A stretch of 64,000 bases of DNA. Origin: Myxococcota bacterium (GTDB taxonomy: Bacteria; Myxococcota; XYA12-FULL-58-9; JABJBS01). The translations under genes were made by a program, and so were the position numbers. Positions 20,338 through 29,632 of the stretch are shown here, in pieces. A model generated the notes under the pieces. It had not been told where the DNA came from, did not search any database, and saw nothing but the letters and a program-made list of their open reading frames with translations. The stretch is taken from contig JAYZAY010000054.1 of NCBI GenBank assembly GCA_036339465.1, positions 24,872 to 88,871 on the forward strand, in the 5' to 3' direction. Position 1 is the stretch's first letter. Each line of letters starts with the position of its first letter.

Positions 20338-20400
20338 CTACCCTCTTTAAATATTATGGGACCAATGACCCACTCAATTTCTTTTGTCTAGGCTTTTAGT

Positions 20401-20946
20401 CTAAGAGTCGTGTTCACATCTGGTATTGAGGGGTAAAAGCTGATGATTCAAAGACAAACTAGATTTTAGGGTTCTCAAAATTTGTTTTCCACAGATCATG
20501 CGCTTTATCGGCAAATAGAGCAAAGCCACAATGACCAATTCCTCAATGATCCAAGCACTGGATAGCAAGGATAGGTTTTGGTCGTCATTCGCTTGTAAGA
20601 GCACCATCCGGGGAATCGGGTCTTCTTCACAAAATTGTTCAAGAAAAGGGGCGGAAAAGTGGTCGTTGCGCATTTCAAAAGCCTTTATGAGGGAAGAATA
20701 ATGCGCATCGATGGAATCGAGATTCCCAGGTTGGGCACTCAGCTGCAAGGTTTGGGGGAATTGGACGTTATCTTTCTTGTTACATTGGGCAGAAATGGCC
20801 CTCGAAGGATCACCGGACATGTCGATGCTCCCAAATGTGCTCAGACAGAGGGTGAGGGGGTAGTTTACCCACTGAGATGCTTCGGGAATGACGTGAAATT
20901 CACCGGGCAACTCCAAACAGAGTCCACCGTATTCTCGAATGTTCAT
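20401..20946 (-). CDS. Hypothetical protein
   Basis: 181 aa; ATGA overlap with the methyltransferase stop. Confidence 0.6.
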   Translation of the reverse strand: MNIREYGGLCLELPGEFHVIPEASQWVNYPLTLCLSTFGSIDMSGDPSRAISAQCNKKDNVQFPQTLQLSAQPGNLDSIDAHYSSLIKAFEMRNDHFSAPFLEQFCEEDPIPRMVLLQANDDQNLSLLSSAWIIEELVIVALLYLPIKRMICGKQILRTLKSSLSLNHQLLPLNTRCEHDS

Positions 20947-22040
20947 GCCTCTTCTTTTGCTTTTGGTGGCTGTTTTCGAGCCATTGCCAGCCGAGAAAGA
21001 TATTGGATGGTGTTTCTGGCGTGGACTCTCACGTCCCAGGGAATATCCAACTCTTCCTCAACCCTGAGCGATTCACCATTGGACAATTGCAAGGCCTGAA
21101 TTAATTCGAGAAAAACCTGCTCACTGGAGCCTTCACAATTGGTTCGCTGGGAATGTCCGCCCAACCATCCGGCCATGGGCGTTGCTTGGGCTGACCAGTC
21201 AAATGGCGTTGAAAGATAAAGGGGGCTATGGACTTTCAGCACTCTCAACAATTCGTGAATATGGTTTGCCGGAGCGCTGACACAATCGAGTAAATTTAAA
21301 CTCAAGGCCGCGCCCACACTGCCGCCGGAGAAAGGTAGAGCCATGGCATCACAAGCCCAAAAATCTACCCGCTCCATGCCCACTGACTTATAATGAATGT
21401 CATGGGTGTCATAAACTACCCCCACCCGTTTTCGAGGATAAGAAGCACGCCCGGTGGAGATGAGTTTCTGAGCAAATCGAAGCATCGTAAAATTTAAGTC
21501 GATTCCCAAAACCGGTTGAGCTGATTTCACCCGAGCCGCGATTTCAAAGGTGGCTCGCCCCAATGCACAACCAACATCTATAAGCGGACTATCGAGGGGT
21601 AGTGCTTCTCGAGCAAACAACGGTTCCAAGAATGCAGAGATTGGAGACACCGAATCCGATTGATTCAAATCAAGATCAAACTCTCGATAGTGGCCATCGG
21701 CGTACGCACTTAGATAATGCCGGCCTACGTCAAATGCCGCACCGGGCCCCAAACAATCACCGATAAGCCCTGTGGTGAGAGAACCTAAGTCTTCACGCCA
21801 TAATATCTCATGGGCATGTTCCGATACATAGTCACGAAGATTGGGGACAATAATCGGAATGCCATCGATAATGGGGTATTCTGAGCGACATTCAGAATCC
21901 TCGCAAATCAAAAGCCCCTCTTCAATGCCCAAAGATGATGACTTTGACACCGACCCTATTTTCAGGGGGGTTTCTCGTTCGAAACGCTGCCGACAATTGG
22001 GACATACGGGGCGAAAAATCTCAAAGTGCAACGATTTCAT
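20943..22040 (-). CDS. Class I SAM-dependent methyltransferase with an N-terminal Trm112-like zinc knuckle
   Basis: CPNC...GLLICEDSECRSEYPIIDGIPII, then IDVGCALG, GIDLN, CDAMALPF and ELLRVLK. Confidence 0.88.
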   Translation of the reverse strand: MKSLHFEIFRPVCPNCRQRFERETPLKIGSVSKSSSLGIEEGLLICEDSECRSEYPIIDGIPIIVPNLRDYVSEHAHEILWREDLGSLTTGLIGDCLGPGAAFDVGRHYLSAYADGHYREFDLDLNQSDSVSPISAFLEPLFAREALPLDSPLIDVGCALGRATFEIAARVKSAQPVLGIDLNFTMLRFAQKLISTGRASYPRKRVGVVYDTHDIHYKSVGMERVDFWACDAMALPFSGGSVGAALSLNLLDCVSAPANHIHELLRVLKVHSPLYLSTPFDWSAQATPMAGWLGGHSQRTNCEGSSEQVFLELIQALQLSNGESLRVEEELDIPWDVRVHARNTIQYLSRLAMARKQPPKAKEEA

Positions 22041-22058
22041 TCCACCATTCTCCGGATT

Positions 22059-22439
22059 CTAATTGATTTTGACCGTAGGACATCCGGGCGCTTGGATCTT
22101 TCCCAAAGGGGAAGGGATGGGGGCCACACAGGTGAGATGGGCGGTCTTATCTCCCACACGCGCTGCGGGAAGGCCGTAGATTTTGACCTTCTTTGAACCA
22201 TCCACCACAAGCCCTGGTCCCCCCGGAACACAGGGACCCAATAGGCAAGGTGTGGTAACACTTCCGACAATCGCCGCAGGCTGGCCACCAATCAAGACAT
22301 TGGGCACCCCAACGACAATGGGCAAGGGTAAGGGAGAATGGGGGACTGGGGTTGGTACTGGAGCAGGTGGGTGAATTGGCGCATGACAGTGGGGGCTGGC
22401 CTGTTTAACTAAATCACCAACTCGAGCGGCATTGGGCAT
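22059..22439 (-). CDS. PAAR-repeat spike-tip protein
   Basis: NAARVGD, PAAIVG and PAARVGD repeats with metal-type Cys/His residues. Confidence 0.95.
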   Translation of the reverse strand: MPNAARVGDLVKQASPHCHAPIHPPAPVPTPVPHSPLPLPIVVGVPNVLIGGQPAAIVGSVTTPCLLGPCVPGGPGLVVDGSKKVKIYGLPAARVGDKTAHLTCVAPIPSPLGKIQAPGCPTVKIN

Positions 22440-22471
22440 TTCTCACTCCAAAATTAAGCAGGTCGAAAAAA

Positions 22472-22858
22472 TTAATTGAGATGAATCATCTTACCTCGGA
22501 CGCGAACCTCTCCCAGGCCTGTCACTTCAACATCCTCACCGGCTTCCAATTTCATGGATTTCGCACTTTTCACCACGCAACCTTCCTCAGCCTCAAGGGT
22601 GATATTCTTGGCGCAGAGGTGAAGGTGCTCGCCACCTTCAAGCCGTAGTTTTGAAGAGGCTATAGCAATGGTGGGGCCAGATTCTTCCATGGTGATTTTT
22701 AGTATCACGCTTTTTTGGGGGATCTCAGAAACCATTGCTTGGGTTTGAATTTCAAGATTGAGGGTATCGCCTGGGGCAATCTCCACCCGCTGACTTCGGC
22801 TCGAAGAATCGACTTCATGAAGAATAGATTTCTCTTTGGGTAAAATAAGAGCAGACAT
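22472..22858 (-). CDS. Short gp5/VgrG C-terminal-like mini-spike protein
   Basis: 128 aa with serial beta-strands (LHLCAKNITLEAEEGCVVKSAKSMKLEAG) ending RVRGKMIHLN; directly upstream of PAAR. Confidence 0.5.
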   Translation of the reverse strand: MSALILPKEKSILHEVDSSSRSQRVEIAPGDTLNLEIQTQAMVSEIPQKSVILKITMEESGPTIAIASSKLRLEGGEHLHLCAKNITLEAEEGCVVKSAKSMKLEAGEDVEVTGLGEVRVRGKMIHLN

Positions 22859-22933
22859 CGTTCCCCCACTTTCTCTTGTGGCTGTCCCGTAGCACGGCCA
22901 AGTCCAATGGGCAATTGAGCGAAAGCAATGTCT

Positions 22934-25552
22934 CTATTTTTCTTTAGAAATTTCAGCGTCTTGGGAAATAGCATCGCTTGTGGGTGGCTTTTGGATATCC
23001 AATTTTAGTTGACCCTCTAATTTTTGGACATGGACCACGTCCAGTTCCTCAACATCCCCTTGCACAATCAGCTCCGCAATGGGGTCTTGGAGTTCCCGCT
23101 GAATACACCGCTTGAGGGGCCTTGCACCATAGGCTGGGTTGTAACCCAATTGGGCTAAATGGGTGACTGCTTCGTCGGAAACGACAAGGGTTATCTTCCT
23201 CTCTTCCAAGAGTTTTGCCACCCGTTTTACCTGAATTTTCACAATGGGTTGCATAGCGGTGCGGGTGAGGGGACGAAAAATCAGTAAATCATCCAATCGA
23301 TTGATGAATTCTGGTCTGAAATGGTCCTTCACCGCCTTATTTATGGAGGATTTCAGACGCTTGTAAACGGCGCTTGTATCTTCAAGATCCTCAGGTAAAT
23401 CAGAGATGGCGGATCCTAGATTGGATGTCAAAAGAAGAATCGTGTTCTTGAAATTGATGGTTTGACCTTGACTATCGGTCAAGTGACCATCGTCTAAGAC
23501 TTGGAGTAGAAGGTTGAATACGTCCCCATGTGCCTTCTCTACTTCGTCCAATAGGACGACGCTATATGGTTTTCGTTTCACTTGATTGGTGAGTACACCA
23601 CCTTCCTCGTAACCGACATAACCAGGGGGGGAGCCGATCAATCGAGCCACTGAGTGCTTCTCCATGTACTCACTCATATCGATCCGAATGAGGGACCGCT
23701 CATCACTGAACATGAAAGCGGCCAAGGTCTTTGCCAGCTCTGTCTTACCGACTCCTGTGGGCCCAAGCATCAAAAATGAGGCTAAGGGGCGATTGGGGTC
23801 TTGTACCCCGGCTCGTGAGCGGCGGATTGCTTTGGCAACTGCGGCTACCCCTTCTTGCTGCCCCACAACCCGCTCTGTTAATTCCGACTCCAAATTCATG
23901 AGCCGCTGGCTCTCTTCATCCATCAGCTTTTTAACGGGAATGCCGGTCATATGGGCAATGGTTTCTGCGATGTCCTCTGGTGTGATTTCTTGGCGCAAAA
24001 AATGCGTTTCATCGGGGGAAATTTCTTCACAGTCACCAACTCTTGTTTCCAGATCAGGGATAATTTTGTATTGGAGTTGGGCGACCCTTGCAAAATCTTC
24101 GTCGCGTATTTTCTGTTCCATTTCGCGACGAGCGTCCTCCAGCTCTTGTTTGAGATTTTGCGAATTCAGAATACTCGCCTTCTCTTTTTCCCACCGTTGT
24201 AGCATGGTCGCATATTCGCGGTGCAGCTCATCTAGGCTTTCTCGTAACTTTTCAGACTCGGGGGTAGGGCGATTGTCGTTGTCTTGTTCAAGGGCCCTAA
24301 TTCCAATTTCTTGATGAACAATCTTCTCATTGAGATTTTCAATTTCGATGGGTTTGGAAGCCAATTCCATCCGAACATTGGCTGCGGCTTGGTCGATGAG
24401 GTCGATGGCCTTATCTGGAAGATATTTTTCCGTCAGGTATCGGTCTGAGAGGGAAACTGCGGCATGAATCGCGGAATCGAGAATACGAACCCCATGATGC
24501 AATTCGTAAATTTCCCGTAGGCCTCGTAAAATGGTTGTGGCTTGCTCTAGAGTAGGTTCTTCCACGAGCACCATTTGAAAACGTCGATTTAATGCGGCGT
24601 CGGTTTCGATTTTTTTGCGGTATTCTGTGGTGGTGGTGGCTCCCAAACACCTAAATTCGCCTCGGCTTAGGGCAGGCTTTAATAAATTCGATGCATCCGC
24701 AGCTCCCTCAGCGGCACCAGCGCCCACCAGCATATGAAGCTCGTCAATAAATAGAAGAATGTTTCCCGCATGAGAAGCCTCAGCCAAAACGGTCTTCAAT
24801 CGCTCTTCAAACTCCCCACGAAATTTCGCCCCCGCAATAAGCTGCCCGAGATCCAGTGCCAAAACACGGTGACCCAATAGTGTATCTGGTACGTCGCCAT
24901 CGGAAATTTTTTGGGCCAACCCCTCGACGAGCGCCGTTTTTCCAACGCCAGGTTCACCGACAATCGCTGGGTTGTTCTTCAAACGCCGACTCAATATTTG
25001 GATGACTGCTCGAATTTCAGAGTCGCGCCCCAAAATGGGATCAATCTTTCCTTCTTGGGCCCGTTTGGTTAAATCTGAGGTATATTTCGAGAGCGTTTCA
25101 AATGCACCTGCATCGGATGTATCTCCAACGGTTTCCAAGGCTCGTTCAAGTTCTAGGGAGTCGGTCCCCGCTTCCACCAAGCTATTTTGAATCGACTCCT
25201 CTTGGATCAGGGCATGGAGGACCTGTTGATTGGATATCTTTTTGAGTTTTTTCTGTTGGGCATATTCATGGGCACGAATTAGAATTGCTTCCAGACTTCG
25301 ATTAACCGGGGTTTGGGTTTGTTCGGTGGTCGCTTTTGGAACGGCTTGAAAATTGTCTTTTAAGTTGGTTCGAAGCCGTTCCCTATCTACTGAAGTAATG
25401 TCAAAATACTTTTGAGCCCCCAAATCACTATTCTCTAAATAGGCATGTAAAAGATGGTGAGGGCTCACGTATTGATGCTCTAGGGAAAGAGCATACCGGC
25501 ATGCTGTTTCAATTGCCTTTTGCGCACTTAGATTAAAATTCTCAATTCTCAT
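22934..25552 (-). CDS. clpB: ClpB-type AAA+ ATPase inside the T6SS locus (functional TssH/ClpV candidate)
   Basis: Clp-N domain, GEPGVGKT and GPTGVGKT Walker A motifs, full coiled-coil M-domain with [24 protein letters not shown]. Confidence 0.9.
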   Translation of the reverse strand: MRIENFNLSAQKAIETACRYALSLEHQYVSPHHLLHAYLENSDLGAQKYFDITSVDRERLRTNLKDNFQAVPKATTEQTQTPVNRSLEAILIRAHEYAQQKKLKKISNQQVLHALIQEESIQNSLVEAGTDSLELERALETVGDTSDAGAFETLSKYTSDLTKRAQEGKIDPILGRDSEIRAVIQILSRRLKNNPAIVGEPGVGKTALVEGLAQKISDGDVPDTLLGHRVLALDLGQLIAGAKFRGEFEERLKTVLAEASHAGNILLFIDELHMLVGAGAAEGAADASNLLKPALSRGEFRCLGATTTTEYRKKIETDAALNRRFQMVLVEEPTLEQATTILRGLREIYELHHGVRILDSAIHAAVSLSDRYLTEKYLPDKAIDLIDQAAANVRMELASKPIEIENLNEKIVHQEIGIRALEQDNDNRPTPESEKLRESLDELHREYATMLQRWEKEKASILNSQNLKQELEDARREMEQKIRDEDFARVAQLQYKIIPDLETRVGDCEEISPDETHFLRQEITPEDIAETIAHMTGIPVKKLMDEESQRLMNLESELTERVVGQQEGVAAVAKAIRRSRAGVQDPNRPLASFLMLGPTGVGKTELAKTLAAFMFSDERSLIRIDMSEYMEKHSVARLIGSPPGYVGYEEGGVLTNQVKRKPYSVVLLDEVEKAHGDVFNLLLQVLDDGHLTDSQGQTINFKNTILLLTSNLGSAISDLPEDLEDTSAVYKRLKSSINKAVKDHFRPEFINRLDDLLIFRPLTRTAMQPIVKIQVKRVAKLLEERKITLVVSDEAVTHLAQLGYNPAYGARPLKRCIQRELQDPIAELIVQGDVEELDVVHVQKLEGQLKLDIQKPPTSDAISQDAEISKEK

Positions 25553-25664
25553 GGTTGAATCCTATGGGGATAGCCCTTTATATCATTGATATATCTCGAT
25601 GCTTCTCTGCTCAACATGAGATTTATTGCAGCCGAGAATAAAAAATTGTTGCTTAGGAGGCAAA

Positions 25665-26174
25665 TCAACGCTGCCAGGATATTTTATCGATGACCAAATA
25701 AACATCGAGAAGTGCACTGATTTGCTCAAGGGCTTCCCTTAATGCCTCGTGGGGTTCTTCCGACACCAAAAGAACTTCCCTTGGGCCTTCGTCTTGTTCG
25801 ACTTGATCTTGTTCGACTTGATCTTGTTCGACTTGTTCGACTTGGTGTTTCTCAGGTTTCGAATCGGTTCCCGATTCAGGGGAGGTGGGCTGGAAATTTT
25901 CCGGCTTTGAATCTTCGGGATCACGTGATTTGTTCTGGGGCAAATAAAGCACCCTCAACAGAGCCTCCACTTTTTCTAGGCGTTCGCCGAAAACTTCCAT
26001 TTCTCGGGGCAATTGCAGGGTGATTTCCCGTCGAAGAGTGGCCACAAGTTCCAATGCGCGTTCATAGGGAGTTCGCGTGTCAATCTCAGGAAGCGACTTG
26101 AGTTGAGGACGCGTGGAAACCTCCTCAAATAGCCAATTTTCGCGAAGTCGCTCAATGTCGAAAATATAGGACAC
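25665..26174 (-). CDS. Hypothetical T6SS-locus protein with a QVEQD repeat linker
   Basis: GTG start at 26174 after GGAG, 16 bp past the tssL stop, in frame with ORF 25665-26246. Confidence 0.65.
   Translation of the reverse strand: MSYIFDIERLRENWLFEEVSTRPQLKSLPEIDTRTPYERALELVATLRREITLQLPREMEVFGERLEKVEALLRVLYLPQNKSRDPEDSKPENFQPTSPESGTDSKPEKHQVEQVEQDQVEQDQVEQDEGPREVLLVSEEPHEALREALEQISALLDVYLVIDKISWQR
25792..25844. repeat. 15-bp coding tandem repeat (TCTTGTTCGACTTGA), about 3.5 copies
   Basis: Read directly; encodes QVEQD repeats. Confidence 0.9.
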
Positions 26175-26190
26175 CCAGACCCACTCCCCC

Positions 26191-26886
26191 TCAAAAATTC
26201 GTAGAAAAATCGATGTAGCCCACCAAAAAGAGCAAGCAATAGACACCCAACACAGTCCCTAAGCCAAAAACGTAGTATCGCCACGGAAAATCAACAAGCT
26301 CCACGCCTTGGTCATCCATGGCCTCTCTTGTTGCCGGGGTGAAATTTGGGAGGGGTATTTTGGCTTCTAGGCGGGCGAGATAATCCCCGAGACGGGCTTC
26401 TGTGTTGATGAACGCGCCCTTAAAACCATTTCGTAAACAAAAATAGAAAACTTCGAAAACCAAGGGTAGGGTCTGGGGGCGTCGCAGCAGTTCATCGGCA
26501 GTGGTGAAAAATATTTCTCCACCATTGTCAATATTGAACAATTCCTTTTGAAGTGGAGACCAGATCCGAGCCTTATCGGATAAATATTGATGCACCATCT
26601 CATCGAAATGAATGGTTAGTGGAAAGAGACAATAATAAACTTCACGTTCGGTGAGTTCTATGGAAAGCTGTTGCTTCAACCACCCGAGTCGACTTCGAAT
26701 CAACGAGCGTAGTTTGACAATATCCGCTCCTTCAGATGTCCCGTCGAGGTATTTTCCGCCGGGAAGTGAAGCCGCTTCACCTTGTAAACGTAGAAACTGC
26801 TTTTCTTCAATCAGAGCTTCTCTGCAGGCAGTCTCGGTTTCGGTTACGACCTGCTCGATTATAAACCATAGCTGTTCACCACTCAT
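26191..26886 (-). CDS. tssL: T6SS TssL/DotU
   Basis: HFDE, WSPLQKELF..DNGGEIFF, EVFYFCLRNGFKG and a C-terminal TM helix. Confidence 0.93.
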   Translation of the reverse strand: MSGEQLWFIIEQVVTETETACREALIEEKQFLRLQGEAASLPGGKYLDGTSEGADIVKLRSLIRSRLGWLKQQLSIELTEREVYYCLFPLTIHFDEMVHQYLSDKARIWSPLQKELFNIDNGGEIFFTTADELLRRPQTLPLVFEVFYFCLRNGFKGAFINTEARLGDYLARLEAKIPLPNFTPATREAMDDQGVELVDFPWRYYVFGLGTVLGVYCLLFLVGYIDFSTNF

Positions 26887-26902
26887 CTTTGATCCTTAGA
26901 CC

Positions 26903-28561
26903 CTAGCGATACACAAATCGCTCCCCTAGGGCTGGAATATTCATTGTAAGTTCAACAACTTCTTCACTATTCCAAACCTTCAAAATATCCAAGATTTCTG
27001 CGCCCAAGAGATGGGTGACTGGCAATAGATTCATATCCAATTGTCCAAAGGTGAGGCAATACACATATTTCATGCCGGCACTCGCGCGTGCGTAGGGAGT
27101 ATGCTCTACGGTCAAAGATTCCAATGACTGAACCGATTTCGTAAAAAATCCGCGGGCATGAACATTCACAGATTCGAGGAGTAAAATGAGGTCTTGGAGG
27201 GTCAATTGCTTCTTATGTTTAATGGACAAAATATTGATTAACTTATTGATATCTTGGTCAATATCACTACGGACGACGGGGAAAATACCGGCGCTTTTTT
27301 TCCAAGCAACACCTTCAAGATGACGGTCATAGAGTTTGACGTCCCACTCGAAACGCTGGAACTGAGTGGGATCAGCATTGTACCATAGGGCATCCACCGC
27401 CACGGTTTGAGGATCCTCGAAAGCATTTTCCAGTTGTAGGTAAAGCCAGGTATCCCGCCTATTATTGATTTGTTCCCATTCTAATTCATAACAATCAACG
27501 CTCTCTTCCACGACCCCAGGCGCAATGGGATCCAATTGATCGGCCTCTGCCCGGTAGACACCGAGGATTGATTGAACCTCAGAATCATCCCCACCATCGG
27601 AGGCACGGACTTTGTATCGCTCTTTGGTGCCGTCACAGAGAATAGGGTTTGCCAAGGTACGATTTAGGTTTGCGATGGGAGTGGTATTTAACCGAAAGGT
27701 ATCGGCAGAAAAACGCAGTTGCTGGGGCCAATTTGAATCAAGCTCCAGAGAAATGGCAAAGTTTTGCCATTCAGAAGGTGTCGATTCTGGTGTGATGTTG
27801 AGGTAAAGGTCCTGTTGGGGAAAGCTGAAGAACGACCGAGAACGCTCCAAAGGTCTGCCCAAAATTCGGTCTTTTTGGGGCGGATTCGGTGCGGAAAAAT
27901 TGATTTCGCAAGCAAGGCTCTCAGCCCCTTCGGTCACTTTTTGATCGAAATAGATTCGCGAGCCCAGGAGATGTTTGCGAAGATAGTACCGGACTGCGGC
28001 CGAAGCCATGAAATCATTGTGATGATTGATATAGAGATTCAGCGTATCCAAAGTTTCGCGTCGAGAAAAGTCCGCGCCAAAACTTAGAACCAGTCGGTAG
28101 CCTTGGTTGGGGCGGCGATAAATATTCACGGAATCCAAATAAATAGGTAAAACCCGCAAGGGATAGAGCGTCTTAAATTGGAGTGGCTCCACGCTCGGAT
28201 AAATTGAATCCTTTGGCTTTGAAGGTTGCAACAAGACCCCAGTCGCTGTGGGGAGCGTCGAAACATCCACAAACCGAGGGGTGGTGGTGGCCTCCAATAA
28301 GCTCATGGGGGGAATTGGGTCTAAGAGGTAGGGGAAATGTTGTTGAAACATTCGGACATGACTGCGGCGAATGCTGCGTTCACCCACGACCCGAGTCCGG
28401 GCACTAAACATGGCCATGGCTTCAATAAGACGCCGAATGTCTGGGTCGTCTCGATTCAAGATAGAATCAGGATAAACCCCTAGGTGCGTAATCCTAAATT
28501 TTTCAAGCTCTTGTAGCTCTTTTAGGAACTCTTCGTAGAGTAAATCGCTGTTGGACTCCAT
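26903..28561 (-). CDS. tssF: T6SS baseplate subunit TssF (IglH-like)
   Basis: YEEFLKEL, DDPDIRRLIEAMAMFSAR, FPYLLDPIP, FFSFPQ and FRLNTTPIANL. Confidence 0.93.
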   Translation of the reverse strand: MESNSDLLYEEFLKELQELEKFRITHLGVYPDSILNRDDPDIRRLIEAMAMFSARTRVVGERSIRRSHVRMFQQHFPYLLDPIPPMSLLEATTTPRFVDVSTLPTATGVLLQPSKPKDSIYPSVEPLQFKTLYPLRVLPIYLDSVNIYRRPNQGYRLVLSFGADFSRRETLDTLNLYINHHNDFMASAAVRYYLRKHLLGSRIYFDQKVTEGAESLACEINFSAPNPPQKDRILGRPLERSRSFFSFPQQDLYLNITPESTPSEWQNFAISLELDSNWPQQLRFSADTFRLNTTPIANLNRTLANPILCDGTKERYKVRASDGGDDSEVQSILGVYRAEADQLDPIAPGVVEESVDCYELEWEQINNRRDTWLYLQLENAFEDPQTVAVDALWYNADPTQFQRFEWDVKLYDRHLEGVAWKKSAGIFPVVRSDIDQDINKLINILSIKHKKQLTLQDLILLLESVNVHARGFFTKSVQSLESLTVEHTPYARASAGMKYVYCLTFGQLDMNLLPVTHLLGAEILDILKVWNSEEVVELTMNIPALGERFVYR

Positions 28562-28966
28562 ACACTCGAACCTTCCACTCTAACTGGGCACACCACACTG
28601 CATGCATTTCGCATGCGAACTCCTACCACAAGCAGAGGGTCTCTGCTACTTATCCTCGTATGGCGAAGTTCGGTCTATGTGAGGGGCATTGTGGTGTTTT
28701 TAACGGCGATAGCCACTGGCTTATGGTTTGCCCAATAATAAAGCGAGATAAAAAGCCCAAAATAGTGTCTTCGGTTTCCATCGATTACTTCTTCAAGACC
28801 GGTTTACGCAGCCCCTCGGCTAAAACTGCTTACAATTTGTTTCCTTGGATGCTCAATGGTAGCGTCTATCGAAAAATTCAGGGCTTTAAATCTCTCGGGC
28901 CAAGAGAGTCTATAGAGAAAAAACGACAGGTCCTATTGGAAAGAAACAAGGGAAATAGAGTCACCC

Positions 28967-29629
28967 ATGGCCAGCTCCAGTAAACCGTTTGTATGTCGTG
29001 TTCTGGTGAGCAAAACCAGCGGCGTGAAAATCGAAGTCGAAAATGAGAGTGGTAAAATCACCCAAACAGTCCATATGGACGGAACCAAAATCGAAACCAC
29101 GGTTAAGGGAGAGAAAAAGACCAGTACGATTACCCAAAAAGACGGCAGTTTCGTTTTTAAAGTGAAGGGTGACAAGGAAACCAGCACCATCACCCAAACC
29201 GATGAAAAAGTTACCATCGAATGCAAAGACTACACGGTGGATGCTGAAACCATCACCATGAAATCAAAAAAGGAATTCAAGCAGGAGAGCAAAGACATCT
29301 ACTCGGCGAGTAGTACCAAAGCACTCACCGTGAAGTCCTCATCCACGGCCACGATTCAAAGCTCCAAAACCATGACCCTTAAGTCCAGTGCGGCCCTCAA
29401 TGTACAAGCGACCAGTGCCTTAGCGCTCAAGGGGCGTACTGCACAGATAAAAGCTTCTCAAAAAGCGACTATTGATGGGGGGTTGCAAGGGGAGCTTAAG
29501 GGCACTTCGGTTAAAGTGAGTGGGAAAAGCACCAATGTCAGTGGTGATATGACCCAAATCAAAGGTAAAATCACCAAGATTCAGGGGACGGCGGTGGCTA
29601 TTTCTGGTCCCGCGATCAAAATAGGATAA
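28967..29629 (+). CDS. vgrG: Short spike-only VgrG (gp5 beta-helix), Francisella-VgrG-like
   Basis: 220 aa made almost entirely of short Lys/Ser/Thr-rich beta-strand repeats, ending ISGPAIKIG; no hub domain. Confidence 0.7.
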   Translation: MASSSKPFVCRVLVSKTSGVKIEVENESGKITQTVHMDGTKIETTVKGEKKTSTITQKDGSFVFKVKGDKETSTITQTDEKVTIECKDYTVDAETITMKSKKEFKQESKDIYSASSTKALTVKSSSTATIQSSKTMTLKSSAALNVQATSALALKGRTAQIKASQKATIDGGLQGELKGTSVKVSGKSTNVSGDMTQIKGKITKIQGTAVAISGPAIKIG

Positions 29630-29632
29630 CCC

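Noticed and set aside
23664..24314. 216-aa + strand ORF
   Set aside because: Antisense shadow of clpB.
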